A DNA stretch of 63,783 bases, filler included, from Licmophora abbreviata (taxonomy: Eukaryota): NCBI GenBank assembly GCA_900291995.1. It is 11 parts of 11 records of this genome, joined end to end, with 100 filler letters (N's around TTAATTAATTAA, not from the genome) between each part and the next. Parts side by side here need not be neighbours in the genome. Positions count along the whole stretch, not along the records: positions 50,136 to 57,781 come from OLMU01002976.1; positions 57,882 to 59,998 come from OLMU01002977.1; positions 60,099 to 62,400 come from OLMU01002978.1; positions 62,501 to 63,783 come from OLMU01003007.1; 7 more parts are not named here. The stretch is one strand, 5' to 3'. Below are positions 53,092 through 63,783 of this stretch, one piece after another (position 1 is the first letter of the stretch; each line of letters opens with the position of its first letter). Under the pieces are notes generated by a model that was given only the letters and a program-made list of their open reading frames with translations, made no database searches and was not told where the DNA came from. A program made the position numbers and the translations under genes.

Positions 53092-54405
53092 CTACCAGGT
53101 ACGGTTTGGTTTCATGTCTTCCGCCGACGACGTCGATGTGTCGTATCGGCCCTCGACAACGGAAGATGCTAGTCCATCCACAACCTCAAGCCAGTTTTCG
53201 TAGTACATGCACTCATCATGGTCATTTTGTTCGAATCCGAAGATCGACGTCGTCGCATCTGATACTCGTTCTACAATTTGATGAATAGGTTCGATGTCAG
53301 GGTGGAGTGCGGTGCTACCTCGAGATGAGGTTGACACTGCAGACAAAGGGCCGTCTTGCTCGAGCCCAGTAGTCTTGAGTCCTGCTTTCGGCTCGTCACG
53401 TGGTTCTGTTTTCTCTGTTATTGCAAATTCCGATATATCGACTCCACATATGTGTCCGATGATCTGCTCTAGTTTCGTGGCGCATTCCTTGAAATGGGAA
53501 ACACTCGTCGACTGATATTCGGTGAGGCCGAAGGCAGGCTCCGAGGCCGACGGTTCAGAATGAGGAGCGGCTGCACTAGCTGCTGAATATCCATACTCTC
53601 CCCGTGTTCCTCTTAGCATCGAATCTAGCACATTGTAGTTGTGCCCAAGCGCGAAGTGTGCGTCGGCAATCTCCTCGACGTCAGGCGACGCCATCTTTTG
53701 AAGTAGTTCGAGCGTTGACTGGAGCATTGAAATGCTTTCCGCTGGTTGATCATGGATGTCTGCCAGTTGAATCAAACTGTTTTGAGTTCGTATGAGGTTC
53801 TCTCGGAGCGTATCACAGTACTCCTGGGAGCCGCTTGTTTCAGCTGCATGAAGCAGCCGCAGAACGATTCTGCGGGACTGGTCGAGCTTTTCTTGGGCGC
53901 CAAGAAGATTTGTAACTTGCTCCACATTCTCCACTTCGTCCTCTTCGTCGAAATCTGCATGTCCCGCTTTGGACAGCAGTATTGTCCCTAGCAAGTAGTA
54001 AAGGGGTGCCAATGATTCGTGGTCAGGTCCGTCATCCGGTGGCAGCAGCGACATGGTTTTCGCAATCGCATTCTCGATCGTTTCTATCGATTGCTCCAGT
54101 CTGTTGTCGGTGAACTCGAGGGTCGCAATTTGATATGCATCCGATGCTACGGTACTGGAAAGAGTCGGTAACGGAGGCGCTTTTCGATGGCCAATAGTAT
54201 CTTGCTGATGTTGATTTCGGCGCACACGGTCATCATCACCAACTGCAACACCACATGAAATCAGGGTGGATTCGGCTTCGTCACTAGTGGTTTTTGCCTT
54301 TGCGACCGGAGGTGGCTTTCGATTATCCTCTTTCCCAGGTCCGTGAGTGTCTGCAGATATATCTTCATCGCGTGGCCTCTTCATCGTCGGAGCCGACGCG
54401 AACAT
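53092..54405 (-). CDS. Divergent SHNi-TPR (NASP/Sim3-like) TPR protein
   Basis: LAPLYYLLGTILL + short acidic patch + NLLGAQEKLDQSRRI + IADAHFALG resemble NASP TPR2-4. Start is ATG 54405 or 54384. Confidence 0.5.
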   Translation of the reverse strand: MFASAPTMKRPRDEDISADTHGPGKEDNRKPPPVAKAKTTSDEAESTLISCGVAVGDDDRVRRNQHQQDTIGHRKAPPLPTLSSTVASDAYQIATLEFTDNRLEQSIETIENAIAKTMSLLPPDDGPDHESLAPLYYLLGTILLSKAGHADFDEEDEVENVEQVTNLLGAQEKLDQSRRIVLRLLHAAETSGSQEYCDTLRENLIRTQNSLIQLADIHDQPAESISMLQSTLELLQKMASPDVEEIADAHFALGHNYNVLDSMLRGTRGEYGYSAASAAAPHSEPSASEPAFGLTEYQSTSVSHFKECATKLEQIIGHICGVDISEFAITEKTEPRDEPKAGLKTTGLEQDGPLSAVSTSSRGSTALHPDIEPIHQIVERVSDATTSIFGFEQNDHDECMYYENWLEVVDGLASSVVEGRYDTSTSSAEDMKPNRTW

Positions 54406-54728
54406 GCACCGTCTCAATATCTTGTTGCGATGATCTTTTTGGGGGGAACTTATTTTTCGAACTTGGATCTTTGAGACGCGAGCCCGGGCCGTGTGAGAAA
54501 GCACGCCGGGCGAGAACGCGGTATGTTTGAGTCATGAGTGGCGGTTCCCGCGCCCCGTGCGCGCCGAAAGGACCTTTTTGATTTGAAGTCTGACGATGAC
54601 CCCCGTCCCCGCGGTCTCTGCGAATTCTGAGCCGCTGCGTATCTTAGACGTCGCTGGAAAGACACGAAAAGCTCAACTACTGTATCCCTAGCATCAAGAG
54701 AAGGTAGTCTTTTTGATAGACAAGAAGA

Positions 54729-55838
54729 ATGAGGCGAGAAGCTGTCGCCGGTTTCATACTAGCGGGCCTGTCGTTGTTAGTTGCGTATGTCATCCTACTA
54801 ATAATGACCGATCCGTCATCGAGTAGCAGCGATGCGACGAGGCTGAGAGCAAGTGGGTCGCTTCATTCTAAGCGAGAATCCATAGCTGAAGATCAAACTG
54901 TTCCCTCAGCCTTGTCCACGTTGGAACCTCATCGCCCTGCCATTGAACTCTCGTCAGACACCGGTCTCACTTCCTTGTCGAGCGACGATCTCATCGCTTC
55001 GACAGGAGCGATACCACAGGACCAACCAAAGGTCATGTATACCTTCTATTCACCCATTGAGGGCAAGAAGCAGACCGGGATGACTGATCAAGACAATAAA
55101 GCATTACTGAATGCATGGAAGACTGAATGGAGTACGAGAGGATGGGAGCCACGAGTCATTACGCTCGACACTGCGCGACAGCATCCAGACTTCGAGAGAC
55201 TTAACGCCATGATGGACGGGCTTCCGTTTCAAGAGTATGATCGATTCTGTTTTCTCAGATGGCTTGCCATGGCAGTAGTAGGGGGCGGATGGCAGTCGGA
55301 CTATGATACATTTCCTTTACATGCATTTGATGCGTTGCTGCCAAACGCGGGTCGTCTCACGGTACACGAGCCCAGCAAGAATGGTGGCGTCCCAGATTTA
55401 GTGTCTGGCAATGCCAAAGAGTGGTATCGTATGGCTGTAGCGTTGATTGAGAATGCTGTTGAGCACAAGAGTGAGCCGCACTGGAGTGACATGTTCGCAA
55501 TGCAGAGCTTGTTTGTTGAGAGCGGCGGGTCCATCTACACCATGGAAAAGAATGTCGTTCCTGGACAAGTGATACTAAAAGACGGGAAGACAATTGAAGA
55601 CGATCGCGTTTGTCGAAGAGCTAGCGGGAAGTATGCTGTTCACTTTTCGCATTATGCGATTGAAAACGGAAACGTCAAGGAGGGCTCGGGCCCGCAACAC
55701 AGAGCAGAGATTGCAACCGAATGGCTGCGTTCGTGGCGAGATGCGTGCTTCAAAGATTCAGGCGTGGCCCACACTATTGAGGAACGAAAACGAGATATTC
55801 ACTACCTTTCGCGTCTCCGGCGTACACGTACAGTTTAG
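54729..55838 (+). CDS. Type-II membrane DxD glycosyltransferase-like protein (family common in diatoms)
   Basis: N-terminal TM and Ser-rich stem. MYTFY, W…GWEPRV, CFLRWLAMAVVGGGWQSDYDTFPL. Confidence 0.7.
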   Translation: MRREAVAGFILAGLSLLVAYVILLIMTDPSSSSSDATRLRASGSLHSKRESIAEDQTVPSALSTLEPHRPAIELSSDTGLTSLSSDDLIASTGAIPQDQPKVMYTFYSPIEGKKQTGMTDQDNKALLNAWKTEWSTRGWEPRVITLDTARQHPDFERLNAMMDGLPFQEYDRFCFLRWLAMAVVGGGWQSDYDTFPLHAFDALLPNAGRLTVHEPSKNGGVPDLVSGNAKEWYRMAVALIENAVEHKSEPHWSDMFAMQSLFVESGGSIYTMEKNVVPGQVILKDGKTIEDDRVCRRASGKYAVHFSHYAIENGNVKEGSGPQHRAEIATEWLRSWRDACFKDSGVAHTIEERKRDIHYLSRLRRTRTV

Positions 55839-56104
55839 TGACACATCACACCGTTTGAACTACACAATATTGCAACCCTGTGAAAATGGAACGTTACGCT
55901 GGCTTGACATTTGACATTGCGAGCATTCCTCACACTACAACATCGATCTGCTGACTTGTAGATGACTGCTTTACAAAGTGGGAGAGCATGGATAGTTTGC
56001 ACTATCGCAAGGGCATCGACGAGGTACTGGTGGTACGTCATGACTGAACGTGCGGATAAAACTAAACAAGCCTTTTCTATCCTCAATCCTCAGTAGAGTT
56101 CAAT

Positions 56105-56872
56105 CTACTGATCCTTAAACTCAAAGATTCTCTCTTCTTCCGGAATATCATCCCGCAATAGATTCTGTACGACATTCATTAAGGAAGACATGTTGTGCCC
56201 AGAAAACTTGGCTCGGAATCGATCGTCGTGTACTTCAACGCCCCCAATATTCTGAATCCGACGAATGAGCGTTTCGACTTCGGCATCATCGACAATCATG
56301 TCCTTATCGGTGTCACTGGCCATAATAACACTGAGAAGGTTTTGCAGCACATTTGACTTTAGATTGAGTTGCATCTTTTGCAGTATTTCGCGATTCTCTT
56401 GAACTTGACTCGCAAAGGCATCGACATTCTGGCCCTGCGTCTTGGTGATGGTGTCGAGTGCTTGCTCGACGTCTTCGAGTCGATCTACTGTGATCGTGAG
56501 ATCTTGAATGTTTTTAGAGAGACGGTCATTTTCCACCTCCAGTCGATCGACTTCCGCCTGGACTGCAGCATGCGTCTCTTTGAGCGCCTTGATGTCCGTG
56601 AGTCGCGTCTGTTGCCAGTACGCATACGGCCCGACAACGCTGCTGAGGACGCCTGCGATAACAACAATGGCCGATTGCTCAATGATCATGGCTGCGAGCG
56701 ACGTGGCCACTGCCCCCGCTCCCACGACGCCGCAGACTCGTTCCAAGGGCGTCGTCTCGGCGATGGGCTTGAGTGCCCCTCGTTCCGGGGGTTCCGGAGG
56801 AAGATTCGACATTCCAGGAGACACGGCCGCCACGTCGCCACCGGGCTCTACCGACAGAGGCTCTGCACTCAT
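56105..56872 (-). CDS. Two-TM coiled-coil protein with one EF-hand-like loop
   Basis: Hydrophobic hairpin, heptads VDRLEVENDRLSKNIQDL, loop DTDKDMIVDDAE. Confidence 0.7.
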   Translation of the reverse strand: MSAEPLSVEPGGDVAAVSPGMSNLPPEPPERGALKPIAETTPLERVCGVVGAGAVATSLAAMIIEQSAIVVIAGVLSSVVGPYAYWQQTRLTDIKALKETHAAVQAEVDRLEVENDRLSKNIQDLTITVDRLEDVEQALDTITKTQGQNVDAFASQVQENREILQKMQLNLKSNVLQNLLSVIMASDTDKDMIVDDAEVETLIRRIQNIGGVEVHDDRFRAKFSGHNMSSLMNVVQNLLRDDIPEEERIFEFKDQ

Positions 56873-57249
56873 CCTGGGTGCTTGGTAGTGGTGGAAGAGG
56901 AGGAAGACCGGCACACAATGATCGACAGCGTCACAGTCCCGGTTGTGACATGCAATGCCATCGCCACATCCTCGCTCATGAATGAATGTCTGGCTTGTTT
57001 CAAAGAATGTGCGCTTGCCCATCTATTATTGACGTTTATAAGCTAATAATATATATCGTAGGTATAGACTTGAATATGGTATAAAATGTCAACACTGTTC
57101 GAATAGACTTACCCGCCCAAAGTTCCAGATTCCAGTTTCAAATTTGGATCTTTGGATCTTTTTTGGTGGTCGACATCCGTCGATCAGTCACAAAAGTCGA
57201 TACACTTTGTCTTATCGTACACTTGTCGTTGCTGTGTTTCTCATCTACC

Positions 57250-58248
57250 ATGTCCACCGCTACCTTTACTACCTCCATGGGCGTCTTCAAGGCGGAACTT
57301 TTTACGGACAAGATGCCAATCACATGGTGAGACAGTCAAGTCGAACGTAAACCTGTTGGCATTTGAGCCGTTTTGGATCGTCGAATGGTTTTACTTTTGT
57401 TTTCGCATGTCGCTTCTCTCACCTTCTCCTCGCGTTTGTCCTACCTTTCTCTACCGTGTATTCGTGCAGTGGAAACTTTATCGATCTGGCCAATAGTGGA
57501 TTCTACGATGGCATTGTAAGTGAGATGTCGCCTTGCGATCATGCACACGCAAAAACTTACAACAAATCTCAACACACAACCCACGCTCACCCCACCCCAA
57601 ATTTATCGTACGACAGCACTTCCACCGCGTCATTCCCAACTTTATGAATCAGTTCGGCTGTCCCCACGCCAAAGATCCGAACTCCTCTCGCGCCGGAACC
57701 GGCGGTCCCGCACCTAAATCGTCCTTTCAGGGATGTGACGGCAAGACGTACCAGCGCAATTCCGAGGGTGGCATTCCCGACNNNNNNNNNNNNNNNNNNN
57801 NNNNNNNNNNNNNNNNNNNNNNNNNTTAATTAATTAANNNNNNNNNNNNNNNNNNNNNNNNNNNNNNNNNNNNNNNNNNNNGGGACACTCAGTATGGCCA
57901 ACACGGGGCAGCCCGAGTCGGGAGGAAGTCAGTTCTTTATCAATGTCGCGCACAACTCCTTTCTTGATTGGTTTGATCGTTCCAGTCCAAGTGCGCACCC
58001 TGTATTTGGAAAGGTACGTCGTGAATCACGAGCAGACATTTGTGTATTTTTGAGTGGAAAGAGTTGTTCAATGTTTAGAAGGACTCTCTCACGTCGAAGG
58101 GTCCCCATCATGTCCCATGCCTATGCCCTTACTACTCATATAATAGATCACAGATGGGATGGAGCTTGTCGAAAAGATCTCGAAAGTCCGCAGTCAAAGC
58201 GACAACCCTGTCGAGCCCATCAAGATGATCTCGGTTCGTGTTGCGTAG
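57250..58248 (+). CDS. Cyclophilin-type peptidyl-prolyl isomerase; at least 4 exons plus gap
   Basis: Introns 57327-57469, 57516-57616 and 58014-58146 give MPITCGNFIDLA…[19 protein letters not shown]…GTGGP…SMANTG…GSQFFIN…LDW…HPVFGKITDGME. Confidence 0.93.
57782..57881. other. Artificial scaffold spacer
   Basis: 44 N + TTAATTAATTAA + 44 N. Confidence 0.98.
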
Positions 58249-58861
58249 ATCTAGCGATGGCGTTACGCGTAGTTAGCATCAGTTCTATCTTCTTGATTTG
58301 TTTAAGTTTGGTACTTGAACGGAATTACCTTCGCTGTGGCCACACGCATGACTCGTCGGGACCGTATAGGTACGAGGTCCTCTATGAGCGAAAAGTTATA
58401 GTTTCGGTACAAGCACTCTGAACGCCATGGTAGCGCGTTGATGTGAAAGGCTTCTCAAACACACGACCACAGTGGTGATTACGGAGCCGTGCTAGCTACG
58501 CCATACCGGTACGATGGTGCCAACAACAACAGTAGCATTTCAGAGGATCGTCGTCGACGCCCAACACATCCATTACAAACGTTTTGGGCAGAGAGTTTAG
58601 AAGTAAGTGTGATCTGCGCAACCGGCGAAACGCTCAAAACCCATTGAAAAAGAACAGAATTCCACGACGGCGACGAGACCGAACACAGCGCGAAGGATGT
58701 GGATGCTGCAGTGTCGAGGTGCATATTCCTGCTGTTGTTCGGCGTTGGGCAGTGGTCTCATCGGATCCGTTTGATCTCTCACTCTGTGGTGCACTGAAGG
58801 GTACAGCGAAAGGAGATCGATCGACTAGCGAGCAGTATTGAGTATAGACTGCCGCGTAACT

Positions 58862-59641
58862 ATGAACGACAGCATGACATACCAGTCCGTCGACGTCTCG
58901 CCTGCAAGGGAAACGACGCGTATCATGGAAGAGGGAGAAGATAGCGTGGCAAACACCTCGCCGTGTCGTCGCACTGGCCGACTCTGGATGGCTACGATCC
59001 TTTGTATGACTCTTGTAGGAGTGATGTTGCGGAAGATGATATGCACTCAAAGTACTTCTACTTTTGCAGATTCCATGCCCATGATGGGAAAAAGTCTTCG
59101 TCGGAACAAGCAACCCCTGGCGCCCTTTTCCAAGAAGAAGCTCCTCGAAGACTGTATCCACTTCGATGTCAAGGGTGTCACCTGCCACGATGCTTGGCCT
59201 TTCTTTTCTGACTACATTGCGTTCCAGCATGCGATAGGCACGGAAATCATTTCAGAGGTCGGAGAAAATACCTTTGAACTCGAGTTTGCGGGCTCCAATG
59301 TGACTTTATATGTTAGCCATACCAATGAAACTGACAAGGATGGTAACTTTCTCCTATCGGAGGACGTGCAGCTCGTCGGTGGATTTGACTTTTTTGAAAC
59401 ATACCATGAGAACTTTTCGTTTCTGGACCTTCCGATGAAAGCGAATAAGGAGCTCTACACCTGTCGCAGCGTCAAGGGAGATAAACGCGGGGATTTGGAT
59501 GACGGAGGGACAGGTTGTCGCGTCTTCCACTCCTTTCTAGCTGTCTTTGGTGGCGATCCTCCCGTTACCTTGAAAGAATGGAACGAAGCCGCGGATGAAG
59601 AGGCTATGCACATTCGCAAAATTTTGGAGTCCTCCTTCTAA
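58862..59641 (+). CDS. Single-TM protein of unknown function (possible SRPBCC/START-like domain)
   Basis: 259-codon ORF with a TM segment LWMATILCMTLVGVML. The beta-rich domain ends in a long helix. The fold call is tentative. Confidence 0.6.
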   Translation: MNDSMTYQSVDVSPARETTRIMEEGEDSVANTSPCRRTGRLWMATILCMTLVGVMLRKMICTQSTSTFADSMPMMGKSLRRNKQPLAPFSKKKLLEDCIHFDVKGVTCHDAWPFFSDYIAFQHAIGTEIISEVGENTFELEFAGSNVTLYVSHTNETDKDGNFLLSEDVQLVGGFDFFETYHENFSFLDLPMKANKELYTCRSVKGDKRGDLDDGGTGCRVFHSFLAVFGGDPPVTLKEWNEAADEEAMHIRKILESSF

Positions 59642-59998
59642 CTGAATGGGATGAAGCCAGCTCGTGGGGGCTTATTATACAGTACTGGTACGGTCGTTGC
59701 AAGTGATAGGATGCCGCCAGGTGTGCTGATCCATAGTCAGGAGCTCGAGTATGGCTATGGTAAAGCCTGGATACGTGTTGTGTATTTGTCATTGACCAAA
59801 CCCTAAAATTTGCAGCAATCTACGAGTCCACCCGCTCCAAAGCTAAGCTCCCCCGTCCTAGGATGTTTGTTAATCTTACGAGTAGAAATTCGAAAAAGCT
59901 TGAGGATCTCCAACGTCAGAGACGAATAGAAGAGGCGCGCGGCGCGGTGTGAGTGTGATGATGCTGTGACGCGGTATCGTGTTAGTGTTCTGTGCCGC

Positions 59999-60098
59999 NN
60001 NNNNNNNNNNNNNNNNNNNNNNNNNNNNNNNNNNNNNNNNNNTTAATTAATTAANNNNNNNNNNNNNNNNNNNNNNNNNNNNNNNNNNNNNNNNNNNN
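59999..60098. other. Artificial scaffold spacer
   Basis: 44 N + TTAATTAATTAA + 44 N. Confidence 0.98.
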
Positions 60099-60195
60099 GA
60101 TCCGCCGATGAGGACATAAAATAGATCGATTTGTGGTAGAGCATGAAAAGGAAAGTCTCAAAGTATATCCTCTTAGGCTCTCATCACTCGGGAGC

Positions 60196-61682
60196 ATGGA
60201 GGACGGGGATAATTATGTTTCCCTTGTCGAACTTGTCCGATTGGTACGTCGTCATGTCATCAGTCAGTTGCCGAAATCCAGTGTGTTGAAGCCTGGACTT
60301 TGCCACATTGGCTGCATCGCTTTCGACTGCGAGAGAACGCCGAAAGACTAACGCATATCACTTTTTTTTGTGTATTTCGTTGTAGACACGCTGGGACGAG
60401 GCAAAAGAGCTAGTGGAGGTCGGACCCTTCGTCTGTTTACCGTCGAAGCCGCCAGACTGGTCAATTTCCGATTCATATGCTGTGCACTATGGTCGAGTCT
60501 TTCGAAAGTATGGAAGAGGAAGAGTGTTCGGATGCAGAAATGGGCCACCATGCCGCAGCAGGTTTTGAACGGAACAGAGACATCTATGCCTTGGCGAAAC
60601 AGATGGTTCTTGCGTCGCATTGCGATATCGGCGAAGTTCAGGTTGAACAGGATCGACTCGATTCCGATGGAGAAGTTGCCACATCCTTTGTTCGATGTCG
60701 CTCCATTCTTCAAGTGAGAAATCACCTCGGTCACACACCCTTACATGAAGTGTGTATGCACCAAGCGGATACGACCATGATGCAGATCTTCTTTGATTGT
60801 TGTGGCGAATCGGAGATCGATGGATGCACACTAATAGCAGAGCTCATTATGGCAAGGGACCATCAAGGGAGCACCCCGCTCCACTACATTTTCGAATCGC
60901 GAGAGGCACCTCTCTCTGCGCTCAAACTAATGCTAGAAAAGGCATCGTCTTCAGTGGTTGGGTTCCTTGCCTACATGGTACGTGATGTTGACGGCGAACT
61001 GCCTATTCATTGGGCGATGAACGTCGGGGTGTCGCCCCGTAGATTGGAGCTCATTCTACAACACAATCGCGAATGCTTGCTGGAGGAGGATAACTTGGGT
61101 CATCTGCCGTTGTCTCAGTACCATGATTCTTTCTTGAAACAATCAGACGAGGACCTTCAGACGAGAATGAACTGTTTGCTTGCTGTTCTACGCGTTGTAT
61201 GTGGCGTCCATCCCGACGGAGACTGGGAGCCGCTTCATCAGATCTCTTCTATACCATACATTGTTCCTCCTTCAATTTTCTCATTGTTGTTGGATTACAG
61301 CGGTCAAGACGCCTATCGGTACGACAAGAGTGGGAGGACCCCGTTGCATTCGCTCCTTTCGGTACGACCGCAGTCGGGCGCATGTGACAATCATGCCAGG
61401 GTCTTGAAGCTCTTCTTGGAAGATCCTCGTGTCCAGCATGACTTAACCGATTCACAAGCCAGGCTGCCGCTGCATATCGCTTCATTTAGCGGACAACGCC
61501 TTTGGGTGATGGAGGCTTTACACCATCTCATGCCGCAGTCGTTGACAACGGTCGATCCCGTCACGAAGCTGCCGCCATTTGCGCTTGCCGCGGCAGGGAC
61601 AAACCAGAGTTTGAGCGTGGTATATTTTCTTCTTCGATCGGATCCGTCCGTGATTCAGCATCTCATGGGTGCATCGTTATGA
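60196..61682 (+). CDS. Ankyrin-repeat protein (diatom type); 2 exons; frameshift at ~60422
   Basis: GHTPLH, GSTPLH, GELPIH, GRTPLH, RLPLH. C-terminal DPVTKLPPFALAA…LSVVYFLLRSDP. Intron 60244-60385. Confidence 0.85.
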
Positions 61683-61838
61683 AGACTGGGACGGTAAAGA
61701 TGGGACTGCGTGTGGTGCGTTTCCCTACCTCGACGTTGAGCGGTGTAGAAAAGAAGCGACATGTTCGTTTTCAGTGTATACTATCTTAGGCTACTGCTGT
61801 GGCTTGTATTTTGTCTTTTCTCATGGCTCCATACATAA

Positions 61839-62366
61839 TTAAGCAGTCTGAGCTTCCTTCGTATCAGCTGTCTCATCCTCCTTCTTGTCTTCCGCGTGGG
61901 GGTTCTGTGTGATTGGGATCTTGTGGACCTTTTCTTCTGCCAGAGCTTCCGTCTTGGGAGCCGACACGATCAATACTCCATCCTTTAAGTTTGCCGAGAA
62001 CTCTTCCGTCTTGATGGCGGGATCCAATGTGAACGACTGGTAGAACTTGGAAGAGTACTTGTAGTTTTCTTTCGACTCCTCCATTTCGCCACTGAGCGTA
62101 AGGACCTGTCCATCCTTCTCGAGACCGATATTGATATCGTCTACTTTTACTCCTGGGACGTCGACGGCAATCTGCCACTTGTCGCTCGCATCGGTGATCT
62201 CATACTTGGGAGAGTTGTGTTGGAAAAACTCGTCCCGAAACAGTGACGTCGTCGACGGTGTCCACACAACCATCGGACGACTCAGCAACGTCGACAAGCC
62301 GTATCCACTGGCCCTCCGCATGAGCATGGGCGCAAGGGCAGCGGCGGCGGTAATATACTTGGTCAT
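61839..62366 (-). CDS. Small heat-shock protein (HSP20) with N-terminal presequence
   Basis: VDVPGVKVDDI, LTLSGE, FYQSFTL, ANLKDGVLIVSAPK, C-terminal IPI motif. Confidence 0.92.
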   Translation of the reverse strand: MTKYITAAAALAPMLMRRASGYGLSTLLSRPMVVWTPSTTSLFRDEFFQHNSPKYEITDASDKWQIAVDVPGVKVDDINIGLEKDGQVLTLSGEMEESKENYKYSSKFYQSFTLDPAIKTEEFSANLKDGVLIVSAPKTEALAEEKVHKIPITQNPHAEDKKEDETADTKEAQTA

Positions 62367-62400
62367 GGTGGTGGGATCAGATATATGATATCTCAATCGT

Positions 62401-62500
62401 NNNNNNNNNNNNNNNNNNNNNNNNNNNNNNNNNNNNNNNNNNNNTTAATTAATTAANNNNNNNNNNNNNNNNNNNNNNNNNNNNNNNNNNNNNNNNNNNN
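62401..62500. other. Artificial scaffold spacer
   Basis: 44 N + TTAATTAATTAA + 44 N. Confidence 0.98.
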
Positions 62501-63570
62501 TTGAGCGTGACAAAGAGGTAGGTCTGTGTGAACAATGCGAGTCCCAGGTTGTGGGGTGCCAATCCAAGACTCGACACCACCAGCAAAACAAGTTGTGGCA
62601 GCAGCAAGAGTCGCCCTACAGTGCTCATACTAATTGTCTCTGTAGTCAACGACAGTGAAGACTCAGCATGGGCTCGCGCCAAGTAGATGGGATACCAAAA
62701 GATACTGTAGTTGTGACGATGATCGACGCGAGACAAGTGATAGAGTAGACCTTCGTCGAGAGCCGATTGACCGTAGTAGAGCACGGAAACATGCGTAAGT
62801 GTAATGAATGTAAAGATCGACGTGAATGCAAACAGGAGTGGTGCGGGTTTCAGCAATCGACGAATCCATGCAAAGAGAAACGTCGTGGGCCTCGTGGATG
62901 ATGACGATATTTCGCCTTCTTGTCGTCGGCGTCCAGGTCGCACAGAAAAATATGCCATATACGACAAGGTGTATATGATGGGGTAGAGCTTGGAGTGAAT
63001 CGCAATCCCATGAAGTAATCCAGATAGGAGTGCACGTAGGAGTACGACATCGTCGTGCATCATGACGAGCTGCACCGTGAGCAAGACGGGCAATAGTACC
63101 ATGAGCGACTCTGCCGATCCACGTGTGCAAATGTTGATGGCAAGAGGATTGTACATCCACCAGAGCGTGTCTTCTATGAGCGTAGGCGAGTTCCGTGGTG
63201 ATCGATTGCTTCTTCTTATACAGATAATCAGCCACCCACAGATGGCATCGGCGACGCAAAAGAGATATCGCCCTGCTTGTTTCGATGGCAGTCTCGCCAA
63301 GAGTGCCGCCAAGAATGGCGTGTACCGGTACGTGTGTCTATCGTACGGAGATCGTCCATCTTGTACATACTGTGCAGCATCCGTGAATACATGATAATCA
63401 ATGTCCGTGTAAGCGACGCCTGGGATCCAGCGACCGTCGTCAAGCAGCCATGGCAGCAGCCACGCAAGCAGGACGCGGAGAGTCAGGCCGACCCATGGAT
63501 ACTTTGTCAGTATTTCAATCCACCAAGGACCGTTTTTGGTAGCATTGGGTGATATTGAGGCACTAGGCAT
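62501..63570 (-). CDS. PIGM: GPI mannosyltransferase I (PIG-M/GPI14); 3'-truncated by gap
   Basis: YTDIDY.VFTDAA, SPYDRHTYRYTP, NPLAINICTRGSAES, HSKLYPIIY, YHLSRVDHRHNYS. Confidence 0.95.
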
Positions 63571-63783
63571 ATGCGAAAGTCGTGTGGGAGGGAGCTTAGT
63601 TAGAGACAGAAACGTCGTACGGCGCTATGCTTTTATAAGTCGCCAAGAGGTGTCGCTTGTACCCCAAACAGGAGAGAGTATGCGGGGGGTGTGGGAAAAT
63701 TGCGCGCCACCGACGGTAACACAGACACACAGCCACACCCCATCGGGAACTCGAATCAGGCACAGACGCTGACCTCCAAGCAA

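Noticed and set aside
1671..60423. Programmed ribosomal frameshifting or mass pseudogenisation
   Set aside because: Shifts go in both directions, share no slippery motif, sit at homopolymers, and the genes show no other decay.
12723..62500. Ten identical TTAATTAATTAA elements as a biological repeat or CRISPR-like array
   Set aside because: Each is centred in exactly 44+44 N and gives stops in all six frames, which marks a synthetic scaffold linker.

Overview
Gene-dense eukaryotic DNA, most likely from a diatom. Evidence: short GT-AG introns of 70-160 nt, bipartite plastid presequences with ASA-F-type cleavage sites, a DUF6824-like domain and diatom-type ankyrin and glycosyltransferase-like families. 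About 37 protein-coding genes can be reconstructed. The window is a scaffold broken by ten artificial 100-nt spacers (44 N + TTAATTAATTAA + 44 N), and eight genes carry single-base frameshifts at short homopolymers that look like sequencing errors. I found no supportable tRNA, rRNA, CRISPR array or transposon. The most unusual locus is a ~1,490-aa membrane protein (14527-9727, minus) that the ORF track splits into four pieces. It has an HExxH membrane metalloprotease-like N-terminus, then a buried class-II glutamine-amidotransferase Cys (CGNFG), then a GlmS-like SIS domain, transmembrane helices, and a second SIS-like region with an inserted EF-hand pair. Other notable items: a plastid-type RNase HII fused through an internal twin-arginine signal to a methyltransferase; two plastid-targeted genes only 14 nt apart; a HOP2-like gene beside an HMG-box/histone-fold fusion; a tuberin (TSC2)-like gene; and GACTC arrays confined to divergent promoters. 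All family assignments come from motif recognition by eye, not database searches.
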